Shown here piece after piece: positions 27,631 through 50,783 of a stretch of DNA of 64,000 bases. The position numbers and the translations under genes were made by a program. The first letter of the stretch is position 1; each line of letters starts with the position of its first letter. The notes beneath the pieces are model-generated. The model had not been told where the DNA came from. It saw only the letters and a list, made by a program, of their open reading frames with translations, and made no database searches. This stretch comes from the human T2T-CHM13v2.0 reference genome, Homo sapiens. The stretch is from NCBI RefSeq assembly GCF_009914755.1, contig NC_060947.1. The stretch is one strand, 5' to 3'.

Positions 27631-28664
27631 CTCTTGAAAAGTATGAGAGCCATCCCATCTCCCTCTCCACTTTCACTTTTTTCCCTATGACTCATCTCAT
27701 GTTGCGCTCTTCCTTCATTCTGCTTAGAGATCAGCAAAGCTACTATATAGAGGATTTCCCCCTGTTCCTAGTCTACTTCTCTTCCCCTAGGATGTACAAT
27801 ATACTCCTTCCACTTGGCCAGTGACAGATAGAACAAGGGGAATTTGAGGCCCATTCAGCAGGCCAAACTTTTAGTCTGATTTGAAATAGGTTTTGTCTAT
27901 TATTTTTGTACCTCATGTTGGCATTAGTGGAAGCACATAAGACCATGGAAAAGAGTACCGGCCCAGGTGGCAGGAGGCCTACATGAGTCTATTCCCATCT
28001 CTGTGAAGTGGGAAGTTGTATGTATATTGTGGGTGAGCAGACTGGCATTGAAAGATAATCTTCAGTGTTCTCTTAGCAATAATGTTCTATAAATCAAAGG
28101 ACTGATGGTCCAAATTCACTAACATTTGGAAACTGGAACCAAAGTAGCCTAAAATTCTTGAGCTTCACTTTTCATTTATTTCACAGGGCCATGATCCTAG
28201 GCCCTCTCTCCTTAAGGGAGAAATGTGTTTGTATCAAACACATGGGAGACACAGAGGGATTCTGGTCTGAGTAATTCAGAATGAGAAGGTAGTGAATGCA
28301 TTTGAAGGGGTGACTTGTTTAAAAATTTAAAACAAAATACCCAGAGAGAGAGAAATTCAAGCCATTGTCACTATTCCAGGAAAATGTACCACACGTGCAG
28401 CTGCCCAGGGCTTCATGTTTATCTGTCTGAGCCATGCGTGTTTGTTCCAGCAAGGAAGGATGCTGATACATTTAAAAGCCATGGTGATGCATTGCCATTC
28501 TCCCTGGCACAGTGTGTTGCCAAGACCAATTTTATTCCATAAAAAATTATGTAAAGCTCAACAAGACCTTCTTCAATAAAACTGTGAGCGTCTGGAATAC
28601 TAATGATACTTGAGATTTTTCTCTAGGCATCTGGTGGTCATTCAGTTACAAAGGACTACATTTA

Positions 28665-28955
28665 CATTTCCTTTCTTCCATTTAGCCACTTTTCTTTTTC
28701 TTTTTCTTTATCTTTTCATTTGTACTTCTCTCCAGATTCTCAGCTCCTTTTCTCTACTTCTCTTCTGTTTTCTTCTTCTTGTATTCCTCATGTCTCTTGT
28801 CTTCTTCACTTTTTTCTCCTCCCTTTCTTTCCTATTTTCCTCACCATATGCCCTTTCCATTTCCTTTCTTACTTCTTCCTTTTCCCTCATCTTCTCTCTG
28901 ATCTTTTTTTCTTCCCTCTTGCTCCATTTTATCTCCAGTTTTCCTCTTCTTCTTT
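28665..28955. repeat. Pyrimidine-rich low-complexity tract
   Basis: C/T-dominated ~290 bp stretch. Confidence 0.75.
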
Positions 28956-29639
28956 AATCAATTCCCAGTATTGTCAAGGAAAAAATTCTTATGGCCATTT
29001 TCCTCTTTCCAGGAGAGTTGAAACTCCAACTAGAAATATAGAAATAGATTACATTTAACTTAAAAATACTTACTCAAGGAGCTTTCCCAGGTAGGTCCCA
29101 CCAAACTCCATTCAGTCCACTCCCACTAGCCATCTCTTTGCTTCCATGTACTCTCTACCTCTCACTGCTAGGTATCCACTCACTACTAGGCTGCTTTTAT
29201 CACCAAAAACTCTGTAATCAGGAGCTAGCTCTGTAAGTGTACCAAAGTAATACTCAGGTCCCTTCCCCAAAGAGGCTTACAGGCCATAACAGATAATACT
29301 TGATAAAAGCACATAAAAAGCATAAAATTATCAAACATCAGAGCAATAAACTACCAAGTCTACAACTCTGATATTATGTTGTTATGAAACTAAAATTCAG
29401 AGAGGAAAATTACCTTACCGTCAGTCAGGGGGCAGATCACGTAGGCCTTATTGTGGAATTGGATGATGTTTTAACTACAAAGGGCAGCCCTTTATTGGCC
29501 ACCCTTCCCTTATCAAGGGGTGGAGTCTCATTTGTTTCTGTAATACTAACACCTAGTATAGGATCCTCTCTACTAAATGAGTATTGATTGACTGACCTCT
29601 AGGTTAGGACAGAATCTTACATTGCACTTCTAGAAACTT

Positions 29640-29795
29640 ATCTTGGTTCAACTATTAAAAAAAAAAAGGGGATTAGTGACAGTATCTCTCTCATAAGGTT
29701 AATGTGAGGTTTAAATGAGAAAATCCATATAAAGCACTCAGAATAGTGCCTAGAACATGAAAAGTGCTGTGTAATCTTTAGCTATTATTATTATT
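29640..29795 (+). mobile_element. MIR 3' part
   Basis: ctcataaggttaatgtgaggtttaaatgagaaaatccatataaagcactcagaatagtgcc...agctattatta. Confidence 0.8.
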
Positions 29796-29814
29796 AACAC
29801 ATATATTCACAGAT

Positions 29815-30030
29815 ATTGTGGCTCAAGTATGTTTTTTTCTGAATAACTCAAAGATTATAGAGTGTATTTGTGAGTAGGTGTTAAACTTATCTTGACCCTA
29901 TTCTTTACCCACTAGATGTTAACAACACTCCTTCCAGTAGTGTAATAACCAAAAATGTCTCCAGGATTGCCAAATGTTCCCTGATAGGAGAGCCAAAGGG
30001 CAAAATTGCCCCTACTGAGGAACAACCGAC
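29815..30030 (-). mobile_element. MER20-like DNA transposon
   Basis: acccactagatg...aaccaaaaatgtctccagg attgccaaatgttccctg...gggcaaaattgcccc. Confidence 0.8.
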
Positions 30031-30774
30031 CTCAAAGGATATCAAAGTACAATGCCATGTGCTAGCTATTTTAAGTTACAAGAGGCCAAGATAAGTTTGT
30101 ATCTTCATTTAGATGCCAGTTGTTCAAGCCTAGGTGAGGAGAAGGTAAAAATGGGATCTGGGGATTTACAGCTTGCATCTAAATTGAAATTCAGACAGAT
30201 CAAGCATGCCTGGTAAACTGGTGGGTGGGCCTGCCAGAAGCTTATATGACAGAGGATCAAGGAGCCTCCTCAGATCAGATACTGAAGGAAGAAAGAGTCA
30301 TGTTTGAGGAGCTTATGAAAGTGCTTTTTTGCTGAAAACTGAATGAGTAAAAGCTCAAGTAGTACTGATTAGAAATGTCTCTTACAAGGCAGAATGCAAG
30401 TGGAGGAAAGGTATTTTCCCCTTCTTTGACAGAGGCTATCTGGTAACTTTGCCATAATGAGGGCTCCAGTGGTATTTCACAAGGTAGGTGGCAGGGCTAG
30501 GCAGAACAGAGGTGAAGAAGAGGAAAAGCAGACATAGATACAAGTAAGATACGTGAAATCCCTGGAAATATTACATAGGCTTCCAAGACGGTCTTTAATT
30601 AGTTATGTGGGATCAAGAAACAGTGAAATGTGTAATATTACTATATTGTTTGTGTGTCTGTATATGATACTGCAAGTTTGTGAAACCTGAGGATATCCAA
30701 GACCCAAGCCAATATTGATCAGTAAATATTCATTGAACAAAGTGATGATCAAATAAATGGGTCTCCAGATAATG

Positions 30775-30960
30775 GCTTTAAGAAAACATCAATGTGAGTG
30801 CCTGAGACTTAGGAGACCTTACTGCCAATCTCCCTGTTTGAACTTGTGCAGTCATTTCCCTTCACTTGACCTCAATTTCCTCATACTTGGAATAGGGAGG
30901 TTGGACTAGACAATCTTTAGGATTACTTTCAGCTCTGACATTCTAGACATCTATGATTCA
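30775..30960 (+). mobile_element. MIR3-like fragment
   Basis: cctcaatttcctcat...ggttggactagacaatctttaggattactttcagctctgacattct. Confidence 0.7.
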
Positions 30961-31359
30961 ACACACAGTTGTGGATCAATGAAAACATTCATTTATCTTA
31001 TAGAACCTTCTCAACAAACCAGAAATGCTAAGGAATAGACTTATTCTTGAGATCTTTCTATTCCCTGGTTCACAACCTGGAGGCAGGTGGGTTTTCTATA
31101 ACATGTTCTTGTTATGCTCTAATTTATTTTTAAAGAAAAAATAACTCCAGGTCTCCCATTTTATATCTTAAGTCCAATTGAACACTCTCTCCTGCTGCTG
31201 CTTAAAGATTATCTAGTCTTCTTTCAATTCTACTTGCAACCCCTTTATATGAATTAGAGTTTCCAGAGTATTTTCTAGGCTCTCTCTTGATCAGGCCAAA
31301 TTTAATCTTCCTAGGCCTATTCGCCAATCTGTTAGTCATAATCATTTTTCTCCCCTGCT

Positions 31360-31570
31360 TGTGTTCAAGTACTGGACTGGAAATCAGAAAATCTGAGCTC
31401 ATAATCCTGGCCCTACCACTAACTTCCTCTGTTGTGAGTAGCAGATTATTTATTTTTTAGACCACAATTTCCTCAATTGCAAACTGTGGCTAATAATCCC
31501 TGCTCTGCCTATGGATTGAAAGTGGAGCAATATTGAAATCATGACTTTGAAAGCAGTATAGAGCTCCTGA
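31360..31570 (+). mobile_element. MIR fragment
   Basis: tggactggaaatcagaaaatctgag...aatttcctcaattgcaaa...aataatccctgctctgccta. Confidence 0.65.
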
Positions 31571-33804
31571 CAATTTGCCATTGTCAAGAGCTGACCATTA
31601 AATACTGACAATAAAATTAACCTAAAATGGAAAAACAAACTGTAGTATATCCAAACCATGGAGTACTGTTCAAATGGAAATGATTATCACATCCATTTTG
31701 CTATGTGAAAGGTGCCAGATCCAAAAGCCTACATATTTAAATAACTCTATTATACGACTTTCTGGAAAAGATAAAATTATAGAGATGAAAACAGATCAGT
31801 AGTTACCAGAGATTAGAGTTGAGAGAAGAGATTCACTTCAAGGCTGCAACATGAGATAATTGGTAGGGTGATAAAATTGTTCTGTAAGGAACTGTGAAAG
31901 TAGACACCTGGCTCTATGCAATGGCCAAAACCCATTCAGCTGAAACTCCTGAAAGATATGCATTAATTATGAAAGACAAAATAGTAAAATTACTCTGAGG
32001 AAACCTCCCAGAAACTACCTTAACCTAGGGATCAAGTGATCAATTGATAATAAGACAACCAATAAGACATATTACCATCATGTTTCTCTTGATAGGACAC
32101 TCTGAAAAAGGTCCATTATCTCTCTGGTATTATTTCCTAAAATCCAGTCTAATCAAGTGAAAACATCAGGAAAACTCAAATTGAAGGATAGTCTACAGAG
32201 TACCTGAACACTTCACTTCAAAAGCATCAGGATCATTTAATACAAGGAAAGACCTCCACAGTTCCACCATTTATACCACCAGGAAACCCAGCACGCTCTT
32301 TAAAAGCCAAGAAAAATCCTCTCTTGTTTCTGTAGGGAAAAGGAAAGCTATTTATAATACATGAAGAATATTTTCAATAACAAAGACCTACACTTGAGGG
32401 AAAAAGACTACCAGAGTGTTATTAAAACTCAGGGAAGGTTATGTACTACATTCTAGCCTCCTCTAATCTTCCTGTCTCATTTATGAGTGGGACAGAAAGC
32501 AAAGAAATACTTGTGAAGTGACATAGGCTCACAAAGAGAATAAGAAGTAACAATTCGATTATAGAACTTCCCCTGCTCCATAAATAACCACAACATCAAC
32601 AAGACTCCTGTGAAATAATAGTGGATTACAAATAAAAGAAGTTCAAGGTGCTGACTTTATTTAAGAAAGAATTTTAAGGAAACTCAAAGACAATAAGGGA
32701 GGGCAAAATAGGGACACTGGGAAGAATTAAAACCTCTGGTGCCTACAGCTACAGCAAACATTAAACACAGCCAATTCCTCGCCAGATTAATATGAAATCT
32801 CACTCTAAATTTCTATTTACTTCAGTTTCTATTATGTAATGAGAACTTGGGTTATCATGTTATTACATCCGGCTTTCAACTTAAAAAGTTAGAATAACAC
32901 TTACTTTTCTTACTAAAAAGTAAGAAAAACACTGTCAGAACATATAAAGAAACATCTGAATCAGACTCAGATATGATAGATTTTGAAAAGTCTAGAATGG
33001 AAATTTAAAATAACTGTGATTGCAATGTTAGGGATGCTAATAAAAACATAGTTAACATTCAGTTATGTAAGATTATATAATAAGCACAGATATGGAAACC
33101 CCAAGAATAAAATAAAGAAGAAATACTAGAAATAAAAGAACCTGTATAGAAGTGAAGAAAGTCTAATGGGATCATCAGTAGACAGACCACAGCTTAAGAA
33201 AGAATCAAATGGCTCAAAGATATAGTCAATAGAAACTTTCAAAACTAAGACAAAAAAGAAAATAACTTTAAAAACAGAACAAAATACCCAAGAATTGTTT
33301 AACAATTTCAAAATATTCAACATGTGTGTAATTGGAATACCAGAAAGAGAAGAAAGGATAAAGCAGATAATATATTTGAAGTAGTAATAGCAGACTTTGA
33401 AAATTAATGAATGACAAAAAACCACAGTTTCAGGGAGTGTGATGAATGTCGAGCAGGATACGTACAAAAAATATATCTAGGTGTATTATATTTAGATTGT
33501 AGGAAACAAAAGAGAAAGAGAAAGAGAAAAACTTGAAATAAGCAGGAAGGGAAAGGGAGGAGAAAAACTTACCTATAGGAAACAAGAATAAGAACTACAC
33601 TTGACTTCTTGTCAAAATCATACAAGCAAGAAGTCAATGGGGTGAAATATTTAAAGTGATGGAAGTAAAGCAAAACCAAATACTAATCAAGAATTATCTA
33701 TCCTGACAAATCATTCTTCAAAAGTGAAAGAGAAATAGACACACTCTGACAAACAAAAACTAATGGAATTTATCACCACCATATCTGTCCTTAAAGGAAA
33801 ATAA

Positions 33805-38010
<4,206 letters not shown>

Positions 38011-38022
38011 AAAGGATGCTCT

Positions 38023-38141
38023 AGCCAGGTATGGTAGCTCATGCCTGTAATCTTAGCACTTTTGGAGGTCAAGATGAGTGGATGGCTTGGAGCCCAGGAG
38101 TTTGAGGTCAGCCAGGCAACATGACAAAACCTAAGTCAGAA

Positions 38142-38188
<47 letters not shown>

Positions 38189-38258
38189 AGAAGAAGAAGA
38201 AGAGGAAGAGGAAGAGGAAGAGGAAGAGGAAGAAGAAGAAGAAGAAGAAGAAGAAGAA

Positions 38259-38290
<32 letters not shown>

Positions 38291-38522
38291 ACAAGAAGAA
38301 GAAGAAGGAGAAGGAGAAGGAGAAGGAGAAGAGGAGGAGGAGGAGGAGGAGGAAGGAGGAGAAGAAAGAGAAGAAAAATTGTGCCAGATACTTGGGAGGC
38401 TGCAGTGGGAGAATCACCTGAGCTCAGGAAGTTGAGGCTGCAGTAAGCCGAGATTGTGTCACTGTACTCCAGCCTTGGCAATGAGAGTGAGACCCTGTCT
38501 CAAAGAAAATATTTTTAAAAAA
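38023..38522 (+). mobile_element. AluJ-like element with a GAA-expanded middle linker
   Basis: Left arm gagcccaggagtttgaggtcagcc; right arm aggctgcagtaagccgagattg...gagaccctgtctc. Confidence 0.9.
38138..38378. repeat. (GAA)n/(GAG)n purine tract, ~240 bp
   Basis: Interrupted GAA runs; the longest pure run is 17 units at 38229-38279. Confidence 0.97.
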
Positions 38523-41500
38523 AATAAGGAAAGAAGCTCTTTAGGAAGAAAAAAAATTAAATAGGTCAAATATATAGGACTTACATTAAAAACAAGAACG
38601 TCAGATAAAACATAAATTAAGGTAAAATAAAATCTTTTATTCTTTTCATTCCTAATTGATTTAATAAGATAGTTTTTCAAATAATAATAGTAACAATTCA
38701 TTGATAGATTATAGCATAAGGATTAGTTAAATGAAAAACAGCAATACTATGTTATGTAACGCCTGCACTACTGAAGAAACAGTATAATGTTGTTTGAAAG
38801 TGGATTTAAATTTGTTGTAAATGTATAATTGCAAACTCTAGAGAACTACTAGATTTTTTTAAAAAAGCAGAAATGTAATTCATATAAGAAAGAATATGCA
38901 ATTACATGAAATGCTCAATTATAACTAGAGAAGTAGAAAATGAGGGAGAAGAAAAAGAACAAGAGCAACGAATAGAAATCAAATGCAAATATAGTATCTA
39001 TTAATCTAACTATATCAATAACCACTTTAAAAGTGTGTTGCCTAAATACACCAATTAAGAAACAGAGACTGTCAGAGTGAACAAAAAATAAAACCCAACT
39101 CTATGCTGTCTACAAAAATCAGTTCAAATATAAAGATACAAATAGTTTAGTAGTAAGAAAATGAGTGGCATCACTGAAAACAGTGAAGCAGAAAGCTGTA
39201 AAAATCTGTTCCTCCATTGAAGCAACCATTAAGCTGTCAAAAACTTTTGCAATTCAATTTTTTTGAATATTTGGGAATACAATTTTTTAAAACTAGCCAC
39301 CAGGGCAGTGCTTACTGAAGATAGATGCTGATTCATTGTGGGAAGAAATCACTATAGGATTTTTGCTGACTTTTGCCTACAATCCTCCATTCTCAAGCTT
39401 GGTGGCAGCCAGTATTTCTGGTGTGACTTGCTAACGCCAGAGCGTGCTAAATAAACCTAGTTTATTATATATTATTGATGAACATACTGAACTGTCTGGC
39501 AGTTCCCTGAGAGCCCAGATCTGAGACTTGCCTTCATTTTGCTCCCCAAAGAACTCCCTCAGAGTTTGAGTGGCTGCCTTGGTAGCACCTGTCAAAAGCA
39601 TTTAAGGACATATAGTATCAACATCTAATTAGGTCAAAAGATATTAGGCAGGGGAAACAGCAGACAAATCAGAAATTCTGGGAAGGAAGATACAGGGAAG
39701 AATAAAGGCTGTTTGAAAATGCCGCATATATACCAGAGAAATGATACTGCAACACACCTGCCCAGGACCAGACAAATGTTCAGAAAAGAACTTAAGGGAC
39801 CCTAGGCTTGCAGTTCTGGCTAATCTATACACTTTACACATTCATAAAGTGAAGGTTAAGGTAGGTGTAAATGCTACATGTTATAGGAGTGTCCCAATTC
39901 AGAGCCAATCTACAAAGAACAGGAGCACTATTTGTGTTATGTTTTCTTCCTTTTTTTTCTCCAGGCATTTAAGGAAATTTCTACAAGGACATGAGCTAAA
40001 TGCTGAAATAATGGAATGAAAACTTCAACAACCACACAGAACAAGTAATATAGCTTTGAAAAAATAGCTTAGAAAAATAAGTCATTAAACAAACATGTGA
40101 TTGCAGCCCAATAAAGAAACAACAATAAACCCTGGGGAGGGAGGAGAATCTGATTTCCAAAATTTTCATATTGTAAGATTACAAATGTTCAAGTTTCAAC
40201 AAAAATTATAAAGCATAAAAAACAGAAAGTATGACCCATTTATGGGGAAAAAACTGACAGAATCCTTTCCTGAAGCCCAGACGTTAGACTTGCTGGACAA
40301 AGACTTTAAAATGACTTTCTTCAATATCTTCAAAAACCTAGAAAAAAATCATGGAAATATGACTAAAAGAAACAAGGAGAGTACTATCTGAACAAATTTA
40401 AAAAATCAGTAAAGGTATAAAAATTATTAAAAGGACCAAACAGAAATACAGGAGCCAAAAAATACAATAGTGGAAATGTAAAAGAACTGACTAGAGTGAT
40501 TCAAAGCAAATTAAAGGCAGAAGACAGAATAAGTGATCTTGAAGGTAAGTCAATAGAAATTTTTCACTATGGGCATCAGAAAGAAAAAAATATAAAGAAA
40601 ATGAACAGAACATAAGGGACCCATGAGACAACATCAGTCATACCAACATATACATAATGAGAATACCAAAAGGAAAGGAAAGATGGAACAGAAATTGTTT
40701 TGAAAATTTAAAGTCTGAAAACTTCTCAAATACAATGAAAAACATAAATTTATACATCTAAGATCTGTAATAGAAAAAATGCTAAATGATCCATACCAAG
40801 ACACATTTTAATCAGTTGACAAAGACAAAATCTCAAAAGCAACAAGTCACAAGTGACTTATCGGGCATAAGAGATCCTCAATAAAATTAACAGCCAATTT
40901 CTCATCAGACATCATGAAAACCCAAAGGCAATGTACTGGCATAAAGTGATTAAAAAATAAAAAATTCAATCAGTAATTCTCTACTTTGTAGAACTGTTGG
41001 CCAAAAACAAAAAAAGAATCAAGACCTTCCTTGAAAAACAAAAGCTGAGAAAAATTTTTGCTAGTAGTCCTGTCCCAGAAGAATTGTTTAAGGGAGTTCT
41101 TCAGGCTCAAATGAAGGGACACTAGAAAGTAACATGAAGTCATAAAAAAATTAAATGGCAGAAAAGATAACTACAGTACAGAGATAACTGTAGAACCAGC
41201 ATTATTTTATGTATTATTTATAACTCCTTATTTTTCTACATGATTTAAAAGACATAAAATCATAAAACAATAACTTTAAATCTATAATAGCACACAATGT
41301 ATACAGACATAGTTTGTGACAATGACAATAAACGAAGAGCTTTTAGGACCTGATAATTTGCATGATACTTAGCTAAACTGATATAAATTCAAACTAGAAT
41401 GATAAAATCTGGGATGTTAATACTAACCCCCATGGTAACGACCAAGAAAATAAATAAATAAATAAATAAATAATACACAAGAAAGGAAATGAGAAGTATA

Positions 41501-41977
41501 TCCAACTGTATAGATTAATACAACCTTTATCAAAATTCCAATGGTGTCTTTTGCAGGAATAAAAAAATGCATTCTAAAATTTATATGGAATCTCAAGGGA
41601 TCCTGAATAACCAAAAAAATCTTGAAAAATAAAAATATGTGAAAGTCTCACATTTCCTGCTTTCAAAATTTACTATAAAACTACAGTAATCAACACAGTG
41701 TGGTTCTGGCATAAGGAGAGACATAGAGATCAGTGGAATAAAATAGAAAGGCAAGAGATAAACCTCTCACATGTGGCCAAAGGATTTTAAACAAGGGTAC
41801 CACAACTATTAAATAAGGAAATATTTCTAGTCTTTTCTATAAATTGTATTAGAAAAACTGAATATCCACATGTAAAAGTATGAAATTGGACCCCTTCTTT
41901 ATACAAAATTAACTTAAAATGGATCAAAAGCCTAAACATTAGATTTAAAACTATAAGAGTCTTAGAAGAAAATATTG

Positions 41978-48403
<6,426 letters not shown>

Positions 48404-49014
48404 AATATATGTGGGAAAAGGACTTCATGACACTGGATTTTAAATGATTTCTGGATATGACATGAAAAGCAAAAACAACAAAAGTAAAAATAGATAAATT
48501 GAACTAATATCACAATAAAAAACAACTGTGTATCAAAGGACATAATAAACAGAGTAAAAAGGCAACTTACAGAATGGGAGAGAATATTTGTAAATCATAT
48601 ATCTTACAAGAAGTTAATATCCAGATTATACAAAGAACTCTACAACTCAACAACATCAATAAACAACTAACATGATTTTAAAATGTGCAAAAGACTTAAA
48701 TAGGCATTTCTCCAAAAAAGGTACACAAGTGGCCAAAAAGCATATGAAAAGATGCTCAAAACCACTAATCATTAGGGAAATGCAAATCAAAACTGCAATG
48801 AAATATTACTTCACAACCATTAGGATGGATGCTAACTTAAAAAAAAAAACAACAGAAAATAAAGTGTTGGTGAGAATTTGAAGGGAACTGTTGGTGGATA
48901 TGCAATAGGGAGGAACTTCTATAAAAACCAGAATTATAGTTCCTCCAAAAATTTGACATATGACTACCATATGATTCAGCAATGCCACTTCTGGGTATAT
49001 ATTTAAAAGGTTAT

Positions 49015-49257
49015 CTGTTTTTTTGTTTTTGTTTTTTTTTTTAAGACAGAGTCTCGTTCTGTCACTCAGGCTGCAGTGCATTGGCGTGATCTCAGCTCAC
49101 TATCACTACAAGCTTCACCTCCTAGGTTCAAGCCATTCTCTTGCCTCAGCCTCCCGAGTAGCTGGGACAACAGTCACCTGCCACCACACGCCCGGCTAAT
49201 TTTTTTTGTTTTTTTTTTTTTTTGTATTTTTAGTAGAGACAGGGTTTCACCGTGTTA
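49015..49257 (-). mobile_element. 5'-truncated Alu (AluY-like)
   Basis: T tail, right monomer with gccattctc, linker, left monomer ends at caccgtgtta; long TSD. Confidence 0.9.
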
Positions 49258-49769
49258 CCTTCTGGGTATATATTTAAAAGTTTTTAAGGCAGGGTATCAA
49301 GTAAATATTTGTATAATCATGTCTGTAGAGGCATTGTTCACAATAGCTAAAAGGTGTAAACAACACAAATATCCATCAATGAATGAATGGCTAAACAAAA
49401 TATGATATATAGATACAACAGAATATTATTTAATCTTAAAGAGGAAGAAAATTTTGATATCTGGTACAATATGGATGAACATTTAAGGCATTATGTTAGG
49501 TGAAGTAAGCCAGTCACAAAAAGACAAATGCCATGTGATTTTATTTTCACAGGTTATCAAGAGTAGTCAAACTCAGAAGCAATAAGTAGAGGAAAGGGAG
49601 AAATGGAGAGTTGATGTTTAATGGATATAGAGGTGAAAGATGAAAAAGTTTTGGAGATTAGTTACACAGCAATGTGTGTATACTTAGCAGTAATAAATTG
49701 TACACTTAAAAATTGTTAAGATGGTAAATTTTATGTTAGGTGTCTTTTACCTCAATTTATTTAAAAAGG

Positions 49770-50783
49770 CCTTAAAACAATAACTTAACTTTATACCTAA
49801 AGTAAATAGAAAAAGAAAAATAAACTGAATGAAAATATGGCAGAAGGAAAGTAATGGCAAAAATTAAACCTAAGATAAATGAAATATTCAGAGAATTAAA
49901 AAACAATAGAGAAATTCAAAGAAACTACAGATTGGTTCTTCAAAAAGTTTTTTTAATTGACAAATGTTTAGCTAGATTGACAGTAATGTCCAGAACTATG
50001 TTCCTACTTTCATTTCTGATTTTAGTTAATTGTATCTTCTCTCTCTTTATTAGTGTGTCTAGCTAAATTTTCACAAATTCTTTGATCTTTTAAGAGAATC
50101 ATTTCTTTGGTTTTATTGATTTCTCTTAACTCATCCTATGAGTCTGACACCAAAGACAAAGACAACACAAATAAAGAATATTACACACCAATATTACTTA
50201 TGAATGCAAATACAGTAATCCTTAACAAAAAAACTAGCAAATCAAATCTAGCAGAATATTGAAAGGATTATAAACTATAACCAAGTGGAATTTATCCCAG
50301 GATTATAAGGATGGTTAAACATGAAAAATCAGTAAAAACAATAAGCAACATTAATAGAAAGAAGGGAAACAAAACACATAATAACTTCAATTGACACACA
50401 AAAAGGCACTTGACAAAATCAAACACCCTTTTATAATCAAAGCACTCAGAAAATTAATAATATTAATACAAAAGAACTTCCTCAACAGGATAAAGTATGT
50501 TTATGAAAAACACATAGCTCACATTACACTCAGTGGTGAAAGACTGAAAATGTTTCCTCTAAGATCAGGATCTATGCAAGGATTCTCACTTGTGCCACTT
50601 CTATTCAATATTGTACTGAAAGTTCTAGTAATGCAGTTAAGTAAAAAAATAAATAAATAAATAAATAAATAGAAGTCATGTAAATTTGAAAGGAAGAAGT
50701 AAAACTATCTCTATTCACAGATGGCATGGTCCTATATACAGAATTTTTTTAAAAAATCCACAGGCACAAAAGTCTATTAGTAC
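49770..50783 (+). mobile_element. Old L1M ORF2 fragment with an internal antisense segment (49985-50126); resumes at ~63979
   Basis: RT remnant KKALDKIKHPFIIK...PLLFNIVL (50391..50660). Host ...tattagtac resumes as tattagtgc tgataaatgcatt at the window end. Confidence 0.7.

Noticed and set aside
28610-29058. Hydrophobic, membrane-protein-like ORFs
   Set aside because: Derived from the pyrimidine-rich low-complexity tract.
38121-38481. Poly-Glu, poly-Leu and poly-Phe ORFs
   Set aside because: Reading frames of the GAA tract inside an Alu.
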